Notes: generated by a model from the letters alone, not told the origin. Shown: positions 11,677-24,422, counted from the stretch's first letter. The stretch is 64,000 nt of DNA from Macrostomum hystrix (GCA_950097015.1 CATNEN010000029.1:2852001-2916000); one strand, 5' to 3'. Made by a program: numbers and translations.

Positions 11677-12006
11677 TCACTTTGTTGAATTCTTCAGATA
11701 GGCAATGAGATCGGCTCGCTCCTGTTCCTTCTTGAGTCCGGCAAACACCATCTTGGTGCCAGGTATGTACTTCTTAGGATTGAGCAGATACTCAAACAGG
11801 GTCTCCTCGCCCCAGGTGATGCCTTTGCCCTTGTTGGCGTCTGTATAGGAGAAGCCTGGCGCCTGACCAGTCTTCCGGCCGAACAGTCCATACAGATTGG
11901 GGCCCGTCTTGTGGGCGCCGCCCTTCTCAACAGTGTGGCACTGCAGGCAGCGCTGGACAAATATCTTTTTGCCCTTTTCAACATCTCCAGATGGAATCTT
12001 GCCCAT
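11677..12006 (-). CDS. CYCS: Cytochrome c
   Basis: [18 protein letters not shown] (CxxCH), [24 protein letters not shown]; uninterrupted 109-aa ORF. Confidence 0.98.
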   Translation of the reverse strand: MGKIPSGDVEKGKKIFVQRCLQCHTVEKGGAHKTGPNLYGLFGRKTGQAPGFSYTDANKGKGITWGEETLFEYLLNPKKYIPGTKMVFAGLKKEQERADLIAYLKNSTK

Positions 12007-12357
12007 GGTCAGATTTATCGATTTCTAGAGGTAGGCAGGTTTTGAGTAAAGTATTTGCTATTTCCGTCAGTTTTTCAGTCACCTAAAGGCCATATGCAAT
12101 GCCAATTTAAAGTAAAAATGTACGATTTAGTCTATGGCAGAAAGGCTCGCCAGTGTTTAACCCGATATAGACTCGTCAGGTATTTCTTTCTCGCATTCAC
12201 ATTTTTGTATCCGGTTCCCCTTTCCATTATATTGGCTGCGTTGAATGCCCTAGACAAAAATTCCTTAAGGCTGTGAGAAGGAACGCATGGAATTGACAGA
12301 GAATTTTTTTATTTTTGCATTATATTTTGTTTGTGAAAAAAAGTTTGTTTTTGCGTG

Positions 12358-13500
12358 CACAGCTGTTCACCCAGTGTTTTAATTAGGTGCACGGCAGCCG
12401 TTCACTCAGTGTTTTAATTGGGTGCACGGCAGCCGTTCACCCAGTGTTTTAATTGGGTGCACGGCAGCCGTTCACTCAGTGTTTTAATTGGGTGCACGGC
12501 AGCCGTTCACTCAGTGTTTTAATTGGGTGCACGGCAGCCGTTCACCCAGTGTTTTAATTGGGTGCACGGCAGCCGTTCACTCAGTGTTTTAATTGGGTTC
12601 ACGGCAGCTGTTCACCCAGTGTTTTAATTGGGTGCACGGCAGCTGTTCACCCAGTGTTTTAATTGGGTGCACGGCAGCCGTTCACCCAGTGTTTTAATTG
12701 GGTGCACGGCAGCCGTTCACCCAGTGTTTTAATTGGGTGCACGGCAGCTGTTCACCCAGTGTTTTAATTGGGTGCACGGCAGCCGTTCACCCAGTGTTTT
12801 AATTGGGTGCACGGCAGCTGTTCACCCAGTGTTTTAATTGGGTGCACGGCAGGCGTTCACCCAGTGTTTTAATTGGGTCCACGGCAGCTGTTCACCCAGT
12901 GTTTTAATTGGGTGCACGGCAGCTGTTCACCCAGTGTTTTAATTGGGTGCACGGCAGCCGTTCACCCAGTGTTTTAATTGGGTGCACTGCAGCCGTTCAC
13001 CCAGTGTTTTAATTGGATGCACGGCAGCCGTTCACTAAGTGTTTTAATTGGGTGCACGGCAGCCGTTCACTCAGTATATTAATTGGGTGCACGGCAGCCG
13101 TTCACTCAGTGTTTTAATTGGGTGCACGGCAGGCGTTCACCCAGTGTTTTAATTGGGTGCACTGCAGCCGTTCACTCAGTGTTTTAATTGGGTTCACGGC
13201 AGCCGTTCACCCAGTGTTTTAATTGGGTGCACGGCAGCCGTTCACCCAGTGTTTTAATTGGGTGCACGGCAGCCGTTCACCCAGTGTTTTAATTGGGTGC
13301 ACGGCAGCCGTTCACCCAGTGTTTTAATTGGGTGCACGGCAGCCGTTCACTCAGTATATTAATTGGGTGCACGGCAGCCGTTCACTCAGTATATTAATTG
13401 GGTGCACGGCAGCCGTTCACCCAGTGTTTTAATTGGGTGCACGGCAGCCGTTCACCCAGTGTTTTAATTGGGTGCACGGCAGCCGTTCACCCAGTGTTTA
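12358..13500. repeat. Minisatellite, 35-bp unit TTCACCCAGTGTTTTAATTGGGTGCACGGCAGCCG, ~32 copies
   Basis: Tandem array read directly. Confidence 0.97.
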
Positions 13501-13983
13501 ACTTCGTACAGTACAGTTCCAACTTCTAATATTGCAATTAGATAATGTTCAATGGTAGAACCTGTACTTCTTAAGTACCTGTACGACTCGAGCAGTCGCC
13601 TTGCAGTCCAGCCATCCCTATCCCCTTGGCTAGTTTTCAGCCAAGGGACTTCTGTAAATAATATCAGCGCTATACTCTGAGACCCCCGGTCTTAAAGCGA
13701 GGGAGAAACTCACAGCGCGTGGTTTGCAGTCTACTCTGCAATCTGGGGCTGATAGCGAGCTATCAGGAGCGATGCCACAGACTGAATGTTAGACACAATG
13801 CACACAACAGATAAGAAACTCCTTACTCAAATATATTCTCTAGCTTTTAGTTAGGCTCTAAAGCTATAGACTTTGTCATTTAGAATGAACTGTAGTTCTG
13901 TTTTACAAAGCTAATTACAAGTACAGTGACCAGCCGGCTGCGTTAACAATAGAAAAAAAATTTCCGCTTGCCGCCGAAAGAAA

Positions 13984-15353
13984 ATGCGATTAAAGTTATC
14001 CAAGCTGCACAAGTACCTGCTGCTCTGTTCGTCACTGTCCTGCAGTCTGCTGTTTTTCAGTCATTTCATGGCGAGTTAACATTAGGAAACCCGATAACTT
14101 AATGTAACTAAGTCTTTTTTATGTCTTGTAACTTGCTCTCATTCGCGCTTTTCACACTTTAATTCGCAAGTCGATTCAGGTCGGTCGCAGGTCGAGCTGG
14201 TTAGATGCCATTATGGATGAATACAACAACAGAAGAGAGCAGCCGAATAACTGTGACTCACAGAATGTCAACAATTTAGACTCAAACTGCACTCAGATCC
14301 CGCGAATCCTGCACTACACCTTCGCCAGCGAGAATGTGTACAGCAACTACCAAGACTTCATCAGCCAGTGCCTGGCGCTCAATCCTGACTGGCAGGTGTA
14401 CCTGTGGCGAGATGCCGATGGAGACCGCCTGATCAGGGATCATTATCCCGACTTCGCGGACAAGTTCGCTGGCTACCGGGGCGACCTGCAGAAGTCGGAC
14501 GCCGTTCGGTACGCAGTGCTGCATCGGTTCGGCGGTGAGTCTGTGCTCAAACACACAATGCTTATTCTTCGCGTCCAAGACCCCTACTAGTCCGCTTTGA
14601 AAACGCCTTTGCAGGTGTTTACCTGGACATGGACATTGAGTGCAAGCAGCCTCTGTTCCCCAGGCTGCAGAAGTACCAAGCATTTATCGATCGGGATCGT
14701 TGGGAGCAGACGACGCTGCTGTTCGGCAATCCCCTCTTGCTGATGAACTCGGCCATGGGATCAGTGCCCCGCCATCCGTTCTTTATGTTCATCCTGCATA
14801 AGCTCAAGGCCAATAACGGTCAGTCTCCAGTGTTTAGCACCGGTCCTGTGGCCCTGACGAAGATCTACGTGGACTGGCTGCGGTCCGGCGAGGCCAGAAG
14901 GGCGCCAGAAGTGACACTGCTTCCCTCGCAGGTGTTCTCGGGTCTCATTGACCAGAACAACCCAGCAGTTTTTACTCCGTGCTCGAGGCTACCAGCGGAG
15001 TGTAAGCGAACCATTTGCATTTTTCCTGAGCAAATGTCTTGCGCTTGTTAGCAAAAGTTTCATTTTCGGCCGCCGTTGCAGTCAGAACGCCAGAGCCGAG
15101 TCCGGAGCAGCGTCGGAAGCTCGCGGCCGAGCTGTCCGGCTTCGAGATTGACAGACCGAATTCTTACAGAGGCCGCGACGTGCGCAGGATGGCCTGCGCC
15201 AGCCTGGCTCTCACTGACTGGCGTCGCGGTCTCCATGACAACTGGACTATCGGAGTGCACAGGTTTCTGCACCTGGGCTACGGCTTCGCAGCGTCAAAGC
15301 GGGGCAACAAGTTCAACCTGCTAGCCAGGTTCCCCAGGTTGCGGCTTTATTAG
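13984..15353 (+). CDS. GT32/DXD glycosyltransferase (SUR1/MIPC-synthase-like fold), paralog 1, ~366 aa
   Basis: Exons 13984-14070, 14180-14534, 14615-15001 and 15082-15353 total 1101 nt in frame; intron 1 needs a GC donor. Type II anchor, IPRILHYTF, NPDWQVYLWRD, SDAVRYAVLHRFGGVYLDMD, FSTGP. Confidence 0.85.
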
Positions 15354-15654
15354 CCGGTCTCCTGACCGAAGACAATAAGGTTGTAAGGACGCTTAGCTCC
15401 TTTGATTTGTGATAACCGTTGAATTAGATATAAGATGTACACTTTTTTGTTGAGCATATAAAATCTGATTGCTTATTTACTGGAGTTTGATGGCCTTCTT
15501 GTCGAATGGAATCAGTTGTCTATAGTTCAAACACTACATTACGAACCCACAGGCGGAACCATTGATGATTCCATCGAAAAAATTAATAATCTATTTATAT
15601 TAATATAACACAAACGCAGTTTTATTCGTCATAGTCTATGTTATGAATAGACTA

Positions 15655-18600
15655 TGTCTAACAGATGAGAGCAGTGTCTTACACATGAGAGCCGTGTCTA
15701 GCATATGAGAGCCGTGTCTAGCATATGAGAGCCGTGTCTAACAGATGAGAGCAGTGTCTAACATATGAGAGCCGTGTCTAACAGATGAGAGCAGTGTCTA
15801 GCAGATGAGAGCCGTGTCTAGCATATGAGAGCCGTGTCTAGCATATGAGAGCAGTGTCTAGCATATGAGAGCCGTGTCTAACAGATGAGAGCAGTGTCTA
15901 ACATATGAGAGCCGTGTCTAACAGATGAGAGCAGTGTCTAGCATATGAGAGCCGTGTCTAACAGATGAGAGCCGTGTCTAACAGATGAGAGCCGTGTCTA
16001 ACAGATGAGAGCCGTGTCTAACAGATGAGAGCCGTGTCTAACAGATGAGAGCAGTGTCTTACAGATGAGAGCCGTGTCTAGCATATGAGAGCCGTGTCTA
16101 GCATATGAGAGCCGTGTCTAACAGATGAGAGCCGTGTCTAACAGATGAGAGCCGTGTCTAACATATGAGAGCCGTGTCTAACAGATGAGAGCAGTGTCTA
16201 GCATATGAGAGCCGTGTCTAACAGATGAGAGCCGTGTCTAACATATGAGAGCCGTGTCTAACAGATGAGAGCAGTGTCTAGCATATGAGAGCCGTGTCTA
16301 ACAGATGAGAGCCGTGTCTAACATATGAGAGCCGTGTCTAACAGATGAGAGCCGTGTCTAACATATGAGAGCCGTGTCTAACAGATGAGAGCCGTGTCTA
16401 ACAGATGAGAGCCGTGTCTAACATATGAGAGCCGTGTCTAACAGATGAGAGCCGTGTCTAACAGATGAGAGCAGTGTCTAACATATGAGAGCCGTGTCTA
16501 ACAGATGAGAGCAGTGTCTAGCATATGAGAGCCGTGTCTAACAGATGAGAGCCGTGTCTAACATATGAGAGCCGTGTCTAACAGATCAGAGCCGTGTCTA
16601 ACAGATGAGAGCCGTGTCTAACAGATGAGAGCCGTGTCTAACAGATGAGAGCCGTGTCTAACAGATGAAAGCAGTGTCTAACAGATGAGAGCCGTGTCTA
16701 ACAGATGAGAGCAGTGTCTAGCATATGAGAGCCGTGTCTAGCATATGAGAGCCGTGTCTAACAGATGAGAGCCGTGTCTAACATATGAGAGCCGTGTCTA
16801 ACAGATGAGAGCAGTGTCTAGCATATGAGAGCCGTGTCTAACAGATGAGAGCCGTGTCTAACAGATGAGAGCCGTGTCTAACAGATGAGAGCCGTGTCTA
16901 ACATATGAGAGCCGTGTCTAACAGATCAGAGCCGTGTCTAACAGATGAGAGCCGTGTCTAACAGATGAGAGCCGTGTCTAACAGATGAGAGCCGTGTCTA
17001 ACAGATGAGAGCCGTGTCTAACAGATGAGAGCCGTGTCTAACAGATGAGAGCAGTGTCTAGCATATGAGAGCCGTGTCTAGCATATGAGAGCCGTGTCTA
17101 ACAGATGAGAGCAGTGTCTAACATATGAGAGCCGTGTCTAACAGATGAGAGCCGTGTCTAACATATGAGAGCCGTGTCTAACAGATCAGAGCCGTGTCTA
17201 ACAGATGAGAGCCGTGTCTAACAGATGAGAGCCGTGTCTAACAGATGAGAGCCGTGTCTAACAGATGAGAGCCGTGTCTAACAGATGAGAGCCGTGTCTA
17301 ACAGATGAGAGCAGTGTCTAGCATATGAGAGCCGTGTCTAACAGATGAGAGCCGTGTCTAACAGATGAGAGCCGTGTCTAACAGATGAGAGCCGTGTCTA
17401 ACAGATGAGAGCCGTGTCTAACATATGAGAGCCGTGTCTAACAGATGAGAGCCGTGTCTAGCATATGAGAGCCGTGTCTAACAGATGAGAGCAGTGTCTA
17501 ACATATGAGAGCCGTGTCTAACAGATGAGAGCAGTGTCTAGCATATGAGAGCAGTGTCTTACAGATGAGAGCCGTGTCTAGCATATGAGAGCCGTGTCTA
17601 ACAGATGTGAGCCGTGTCTAGCATATGAGAGCCGTGTCTAACAGATGAGAGCAGTGTCTAACATATGAGAGCCGTGTCTAACAGATGAGAGCAGTGTCTA
17701 GCATATGAGAGCCGTGTCTAACAGATGAGAGCCGTGTCTAACATATGAGAGCCGTGTCTAACAGATCAGAGCCGTGTCTAACAGATGAGAGCCGTGTCTA
17801 ACAGATGAGAGCCGTGTCTTACAGATGAGAGCCGTGTCTAACAGATGAGAGCCGTGTCTAACAGATGAGAGCCGTGTCTAACAGATGAGAGCCGTGTCTA
17901 ACAGATGAGAGCCGTGTCTAACAGATGAGAGCCGTGTCTAACAGATGAGAGCCGTGTCTAGCATATGAGAGCCGTGTCTAACAGATGAGAGCAGTGTCTA
18001 GCATATGAGAGCCGTGTCTAACAGATGAGAGCAGTGTCTAGCATATGAGAGCCGTGTCTAACAGATGAGAGCCGTGTCTAACAGATGAGAGCCGTGTCTA
18101 ACAGATGAGAGCAGTGTCTTACAGATGAGAGCCGTGTCTAGCATATGAGAGCCGTGTCTAGCATATGAGAGCCGTGTCTAACAGATGAGAGCAGTGTCTA
18201 ACATATGAGAGCCGTGTCTAACAGATGAGAGCAGTGTCTAGCATATGAGAGCCGTGTCTAACAGATGAGAGCCGTGTCTAACATATGAGAGCCGTGTCTA
18301 ACAGATGAGAGCAGTGTCTAGCATATGAGAGCCGTGTCTAACAGATGAGAGCCGTGTCTAACATATGAGAGCCGTGTCTAACAGATGAGAGCAGTGTCTA
18401 GCATATGAGAGCCGTGTCTAACAGATGAGAGCCGTGTCTAACATATGAGAGCCGTGTCTAACAGATGAGAGCCGTGTCTAACATATGAGAGCCGTGTCTA
18501 ACCAGATGAGAGCCGTGTCTAACAGATGAGAGCCGTGTCTAACATATGAGAGCCGTGTCTAACAGATGAGAGCCGTGTCTAACAGATGAGAGCCGTGTCT

Positions 18601-19802
18601 AACAGATGAGAGCCGTGTCTAACATATGAGAGCCGTGTCTAACAGATGAGAGCCGTGTCTAACATATGAGAGCCGTGTCTAACAGATGAGAGCCGTGTCT
18701 AACAGATGAGAGCCGTGTCTAACAGATGAGAGCCGTGTCTAACAGATGAGAGCCGTGTCTAACATATGAGAGCCGTGTCTAACATATGAGAGCCGTGTCT
18801 AACAGATGAGAGCCGTGTCTAACAGATGAGAGCCGTGTCTAACAGATGAGAGCCGTGTCTAACAGATGAGAGCCGTGTCTAACAGATGAGAGCCGTGTCT
18901 AACAGATGAGAGCCGTGTCTAACAGATGAGAGCCGTGTCTAACAGATGAGAGCCGTGTCTAGCATATGAGAGCCGTGTCTAACAGATGAGAGCCGTGTCT
19001 AACAGATGAGAGCCTTGTCTAACATATGAGAGCCGTGTCTAACAGATGAGAGCCGTGTCTAGCATATGAGAGCCGTGTCTAACAGATGAGAGCCGTGTCT
19101 AACAGATGAGAGCCGTGTCTAACATATGAGAGCCGTGTCTAACAGATGAGAGCCGTGTCTAACAGATGAGAGCAGTGTCTAGCATATGAGAGCCGTGTCT
19201 AGCATATGAGAGCCGTGTCTAACAGATGAGAGCCGTGTCTAGCATATGAGAGCCGTGTCTAACAGATGAGAGCCGTGTCTAACAGATGAGAGCCGTGTCT
19301 TACAGATGAGAGCCGTGTCTAACATATGAGAGCCGTGTCTAACAGATGAGAGCCGTGTCTAACAGATGAGAGCCGTGTCTTACAGATGAGAGCCGTGTCT
19401 AACAGATGAGAGCCGTGTCTTACAGATGAGAGCCGTGTCTAACATATGAGAGCCGTGTCTAACAGATGAGAGCCGTGTCTAGCATATGAGAGCCGTGTCT
19501 AACAGATGAGAGCAGTGTCTAGCATATGAGAGCCGTGTCTAACAAATGAGAGCCGTGTCTAACAGATGAGAGCCGTGTCTAGCATATGAGAGCCGTGTCT
19601 AGCATATGAGAGCCGTGTCTAACAGATGAGAGCCGTGTCTAACATATGAGAGCCGTGTCTAACAGATGAGAGCCGTGTCTAACAGATGAGAGCCGTGTCT
19701 AACAGATGAGAGCCGTGTCTAACAGATGAGAGCCGTGTCTAACAGATGAGAGCCGTGTCTAACAGATGAGAGCCGTGTCTAACAGATGAAAGCCGTGTCT
19801 AG
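15655..19802. repeat. Satellite, 20-bp unit GAGCCGTGTCTAACAGATGA, ~205 copies
   Basis: Array of about 4.1 kb with recurring variant units. Confidence 0.98.
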
Positions 19803-20454
19803 CTGATTTTTTGTCTAACGGGTTTCAAGTTGTTCTATCAAAGAGATTATAGTTCTTTTGAAAAATTCATCCAGTTTGACAGTTCTAAAACCTGTTTAAT
19901 GAGCGACATTGACTTCGAAAGAAAATTTTGCTGTTTTGTGCAGATTAAGTTGCGGATAAGACAAGAGCATTTAATGCAGCATCTTTCTCTATTGTTTGTC
20001 ATTTGGGCGTACACTCAAGCCTTCTCGCTGCCGCCAATAGATTGGATGCTAAGTTAAGCGTGCCTTAGGCCACGGTCGCTCAAATAAATACGCGGGGAAA
20101 ATGTACACTTGTACACTCACACTGTACAGGTCTTCCCTTGCCTGCCGAAAGTTGCCTCTCTCCCACGGCGAGAAGAATGGCCAATTGGGCTTTATGGGTT
20201 TGAGAAAGAGAGGAAGTCCATATTTGAAAACGTCTTTTGTTTCAAAGGAATAATAGAGGCTGCAATATCACAGGGCTTCTCTCTCCGTTTCAGCTGCCAT
20301 TTCAGTTGGCCTTACACTAGGCGGGTTTGAGTCTAATCAACAACTATGTCACAATGAACAGCAGACACTCACTTCTAAGTGTGGGGTAAGATAACAGCTT
20401 TAATTCTCTCATTTAATTAAAACTTACACAGAATTAATCGAAAATATAGAATAG

Positions 20455-21300
20455 CTGAGATCCCTGTCTAACAGGTAACATCCCCGTCTAACAGGTGAGA
20501 TCCCTGTCTAACAGGTAAAATACCCGTCTAACTGGTGAGATCCCTGTCTAACAGGTGAGATCCCTGTCTAACAGGTGAGATCCCTGTCTAACAGGTGAGA
20601 TCCCTGTCCAACAGGTGAGATCCCTGTTTAACAGGTGAGATTCCTGTCTAACAGTTAAGTGATCTCGGTCGAACAGTTGAGAGTTCCCTGTCTAACAGGT
20701 GAGAGATCCCTGTCTAACAGGTGAGATCCATGTCTAACAGTTGAGAGTTCCCTGTCTAACAGGTGAGAGATCCCTGTCTAACAGGTGAGAGATCCCTGTC
20801 TAACTGGTGAGATCCCTGTCTAACAGGTTGGAGATACCTGTCTAACAGTTGAGATCCATGTCTTACAGGTGAGAGATCCCTGTCTAACAGGTGAGATCCA
20901 TGTCTAACAGTTGAGAGTTGCCTGTCTAACAGGTGAGAGATCCCTGTCTAACAGGTGAGATCCATGTCTAACAGGTGAGATCCCTGTCTAACAGGTGAGA
21001 TCCCTGTCTAACAGGTGAGATCTTTGTCTAACAGGTTGGAGATACCTGTCTAACAGGTGAGAGATCCCTGTCTAACAGGTGAGAGATCCCTGTCTAACTG
21101 GTGAGATCCCTGTCTAACAGGTTGGAGATACCTGTCTAACAGGTGAGATCCATGTCTTACAGGTGAGAGATCCCTGTCTAACAGGTGAGATCCCTGTCTA
21201 ACAGGTGAGATCCATGTCTAACAGGTGAGATCCCTGTCTAACAGTTGAGAGATCCCTGTCTAACAGTTGAGAGTTTGCTGTCTACCTGGTGAGTTCCATG
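20455..21300. repeat. Satellite, 20/22-bp unit GATCCCTGTCTAACAGGTGA(GA), ~40 copies
   Basis: Tandem array; the unit differs from the 15655-19802 unit at 3 of 20 positions. Confidence 0.96.
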
Positions 21301-22063
21301 TCTATGTATTTAAACATTTTGTCAATTATTTAGTTTTTTAGTTCCACAAAACTCATATAGAAACTTTCTTCTTCAACCGATGCACAATAGCAACCAAGCA
21401 AACATAAAATTAGCCTTGTGGCTTGGCCAACTGATTTTACAAAAATCTACGTAATTTTCGTAATGAACAAATAATAAACTATAAAATGACTGGAAAATTG
21501 AGTTACTAGATCTAGCTTTTGACTGCTATTGTGCTTCTTGATAAAGAAACTAAAAAAATTAAGATCAATTGTTAATGAATAAGGCCTTCTAAAATTTTTT
21601 GAAGCAACATGTTTTGTAAGAATTTTCTTACAAATTAAGAATTGGGGGATAACTGAAAAATTATTGAATGAACAGTTAAAAATAGACTGTATTTTAATGA
21701 TAATACTCCACCCTTTCGACTCTCCCACGCCACACCCTTTGCCGACGGTATGGAATGATTTCGTGCCATTTTAAAACTCAAGGGTGTAGACTGAACCCCC
21801 TTTCCCGACTGAAGCTTTTCACTAATGCCACGAGGACTAATCTATGGCTTCTAGCCATAGACAATACTATACTGTATAGTGGCAGTGGGGAAAGGCTGAT
21901 GTACGCTCGAAGCCAAATGTTAAGGCCATGGACACAAAATGTAATGAAGTTTGACCATAGAGATATATTTTTATTTTAAACACCGGAAGGAAATTTAATT
22001 CACAACTTGTTTCCTCTTGTCCCTGTCCCTCTTTGTATATTCTATTCGAAACTGAAACTGAAA

Positions 22064-23458
22064 ATGAGCGAAGACTTCGATAGCCATTCAGTTGCTAGTT
22101 GGTTTACTGCCGATGATGATTCTGTAGATGGATCTATTGATTAGCTCTCCACTGATGAAGAAGATCAAGGCGAACCTGACGGAAATTGGAACCTTGTTCA
22201 AGAAGGCACAGATTCTCGACCAGCACCACTGCCAGAGTTTCTTGGTGTGCCTGTAGTCCAGCCTGGGTTGCAGCTACCTGAAGTGGCCGATGGAAATGAG
22301 ACTGCTTTCATCAAGCTCTACTTGACGGACGAGTTGCTTGAAAACATAAAAACTTGGACGAACTTAAAAGCATGGAACACGTACCATGAAAATTTAGATA
22401 GTGGAACCGTCCCCAAATTTGTGCTTAACTGGAAGGACTGCACTGTCGACGAGGTGAGAAAACTTATCGGAATCATGCTTCTGATGGGTCTTGATAAAAC
22501 GCCAGAAATATCCAGCTACTGGTCAAATGATCCGGCCTTCCATTGTGCGTTTTTGGCCGAGCCATGCTCTCTATCTAGAGTCAGGTTCAAGCAGATTTTG
22601 TCCCGCCTGCGCTTTTATGATTGTACGGAAATTCCAAATCCAGCTGGGCCTCTAGCTAAGATGCATCCTTTTCTGCAGCAGGTGAAAGAGCTGTGCAGCA
22701 CCATCTATATGCCGCGTCAACGGCTCTCGATTGATGAGAGTCTTGTTCTGTACAAAGGAAGACTACAGTTCAAGCAGTACATTCCCACAAAGAGAAATAG
22801 ATAATGCATAAAACTTTACTGCCTGTGCGAATCTGAGTCCAGCTACTTGTGGAATTTTGAGATTCACTCATCTGCTGAGGCCAATCAGCATTTTGGCGAT
22901 GGACTTGGCTGCCAGAATTTATCGATGAGCGAGAGAGTTGTAGCTGCGCTTTGCCGAAATTTGCTCATCTTGGTTACCACGTATTTATGGACAGCTGGTT
23001 CACTTCTCAAAGATTGGTCGCCTGGCTGCTGCAGCGGGACACCTTGCTCACTGGCACAGTGCGCAAGAACCGTGGCATCCCTGGCTGCTGCAGCGGGACA
23101 CCAGCAAATTGGAACAAGGACCATGTTCTTGTTGGACAGAGCTGGCTCGGCAGAATGCAGACAGATTCAGGGTGTCCGCCGTGGCGGTGGCGTGCAGGTT
23201 GTCCCTAAGCCAACAAGCATTTTAGCTTAAACTGCCAGTATTGGTGGCGTCGATCACCTGGACTCAGCTTTGCACCCGTACTTGGCCAATCGAAAAAGCA
23301 TTCGCTGGTTTCACAAACTGGGTTTTCATCTAATCCTTTTGCTAGTTCGAAATTCCTGGATTGTGTATCAACAGTCTGGCGGCAGCAAAACATTTTTGAA
23401 GTTTTTGAGACTGGCAATCAAGACTTTGGTTGAGGACACGGGTGCTGCTATAGTCTGA
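22064..23458 (+). pseudogene. piggyBac transposase fossil
   Basis: DDD motifs SIDESLV, MDSWFTS and GGVDHLD, plus KGRLQFKQYIPTK. In-frame stops at ~22142 and 22802, frameshifts, no C-terminal Cys-rich domain, no clear TIRs. Confidence 0.9.
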
Positions 23459-24422
23459 CTATAGTCAGTCTATGTCTGGACCAATAAATATTTAGCGAAA
23501 TTTGGAGTTCGCAACAAAAAACGATAAGCTTCTAATCAAAATGAATGCAAAACGTGTCAATATAAAACAAAGAAATTGTCAAGATTTAGTTGCTAATTAT
23601 ATAAATTTGACTATTTTTATACTGGGAACTCCAAAACCTAGACAATTGAAAATGTTTTTTTTTTCAGTGCAGATAAAGAAATAATTTATAGGCCTGCTAT
23701 TTTCATTTTTCATTTTTTCGGAAACTGGTAACAAAACAGATAACGGGAAACACACCGCTGGTAACGACTCGTTACCACTATTTTCAATACCAGCCCGTAG
23801 GAACGCGAAAAAGTAACGTTGCAAAAAAGTAACGATCGTTACCAATTTGGTAACTCGTAATGAGTAACGCACACTAAACTGCAACTTTGAAACGTTAAAC
23901 TTGTTAACTTACATATGCTTTTCTTTTATCAATATTACCTTCTTCATTGTCTTAGCTTTGTATTGATTCCTTTGATGAACGTTTTCGTTAGGATTCTTAT
24001 TTTTCCGGTTGTTTATACACCATGCAGTTTTTGTGCTTACCCAGCTGTTTGGACATGTTTATTGCTAGTCATGTGAACTCTAGACTGTACAATTGTCACA
24101 ATTTTAGTTTCTGAAGTTATTGTTCCATGGTACTGTAAAAATACTGGTCAAAAGTTTATTCTACATTATATGCTATATTTCGTTATGCAATAAACTGCGC
24201 TTGACTCGATATCGTGCCATAACAGTCGGCGAGGGCCTTGCCTCGATATAGCATAACGAAATGTAGCATATAATATGGCATAAACTTAGAAGTACTTAAG
24301 TGACGATTTATACTGACTGGCTCGTACGAGTATAAGCAATGCTGGCTTAAATCAATATTTCAACACTCAAACAGGTTTCTCTATAGGCAGCGCGGTTGAG
24401 TGCAGTGACTCAGCTAGTGGCA

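Noticed and set aside
13620-13780. Local hairpins (CCCTTGGCT/AGCCAAGGG, CTGATAG/CTATCAG) as a possible hammerhead ribozyme
   Set aside because: The CUGANGA...GAAA core is not present in the right arrangement.
691-21300. Tandem arrays as possible CRISPR arrays
   Set aside because: No unique spacers, no cas genes, and a eukaryotic intron context.
24161-24280. Superficial resemblance of the inverted repeat to loxP
   Set aside because: It lacks the ATAACTTCGTATA arms and the 8-bp spacer geometry.
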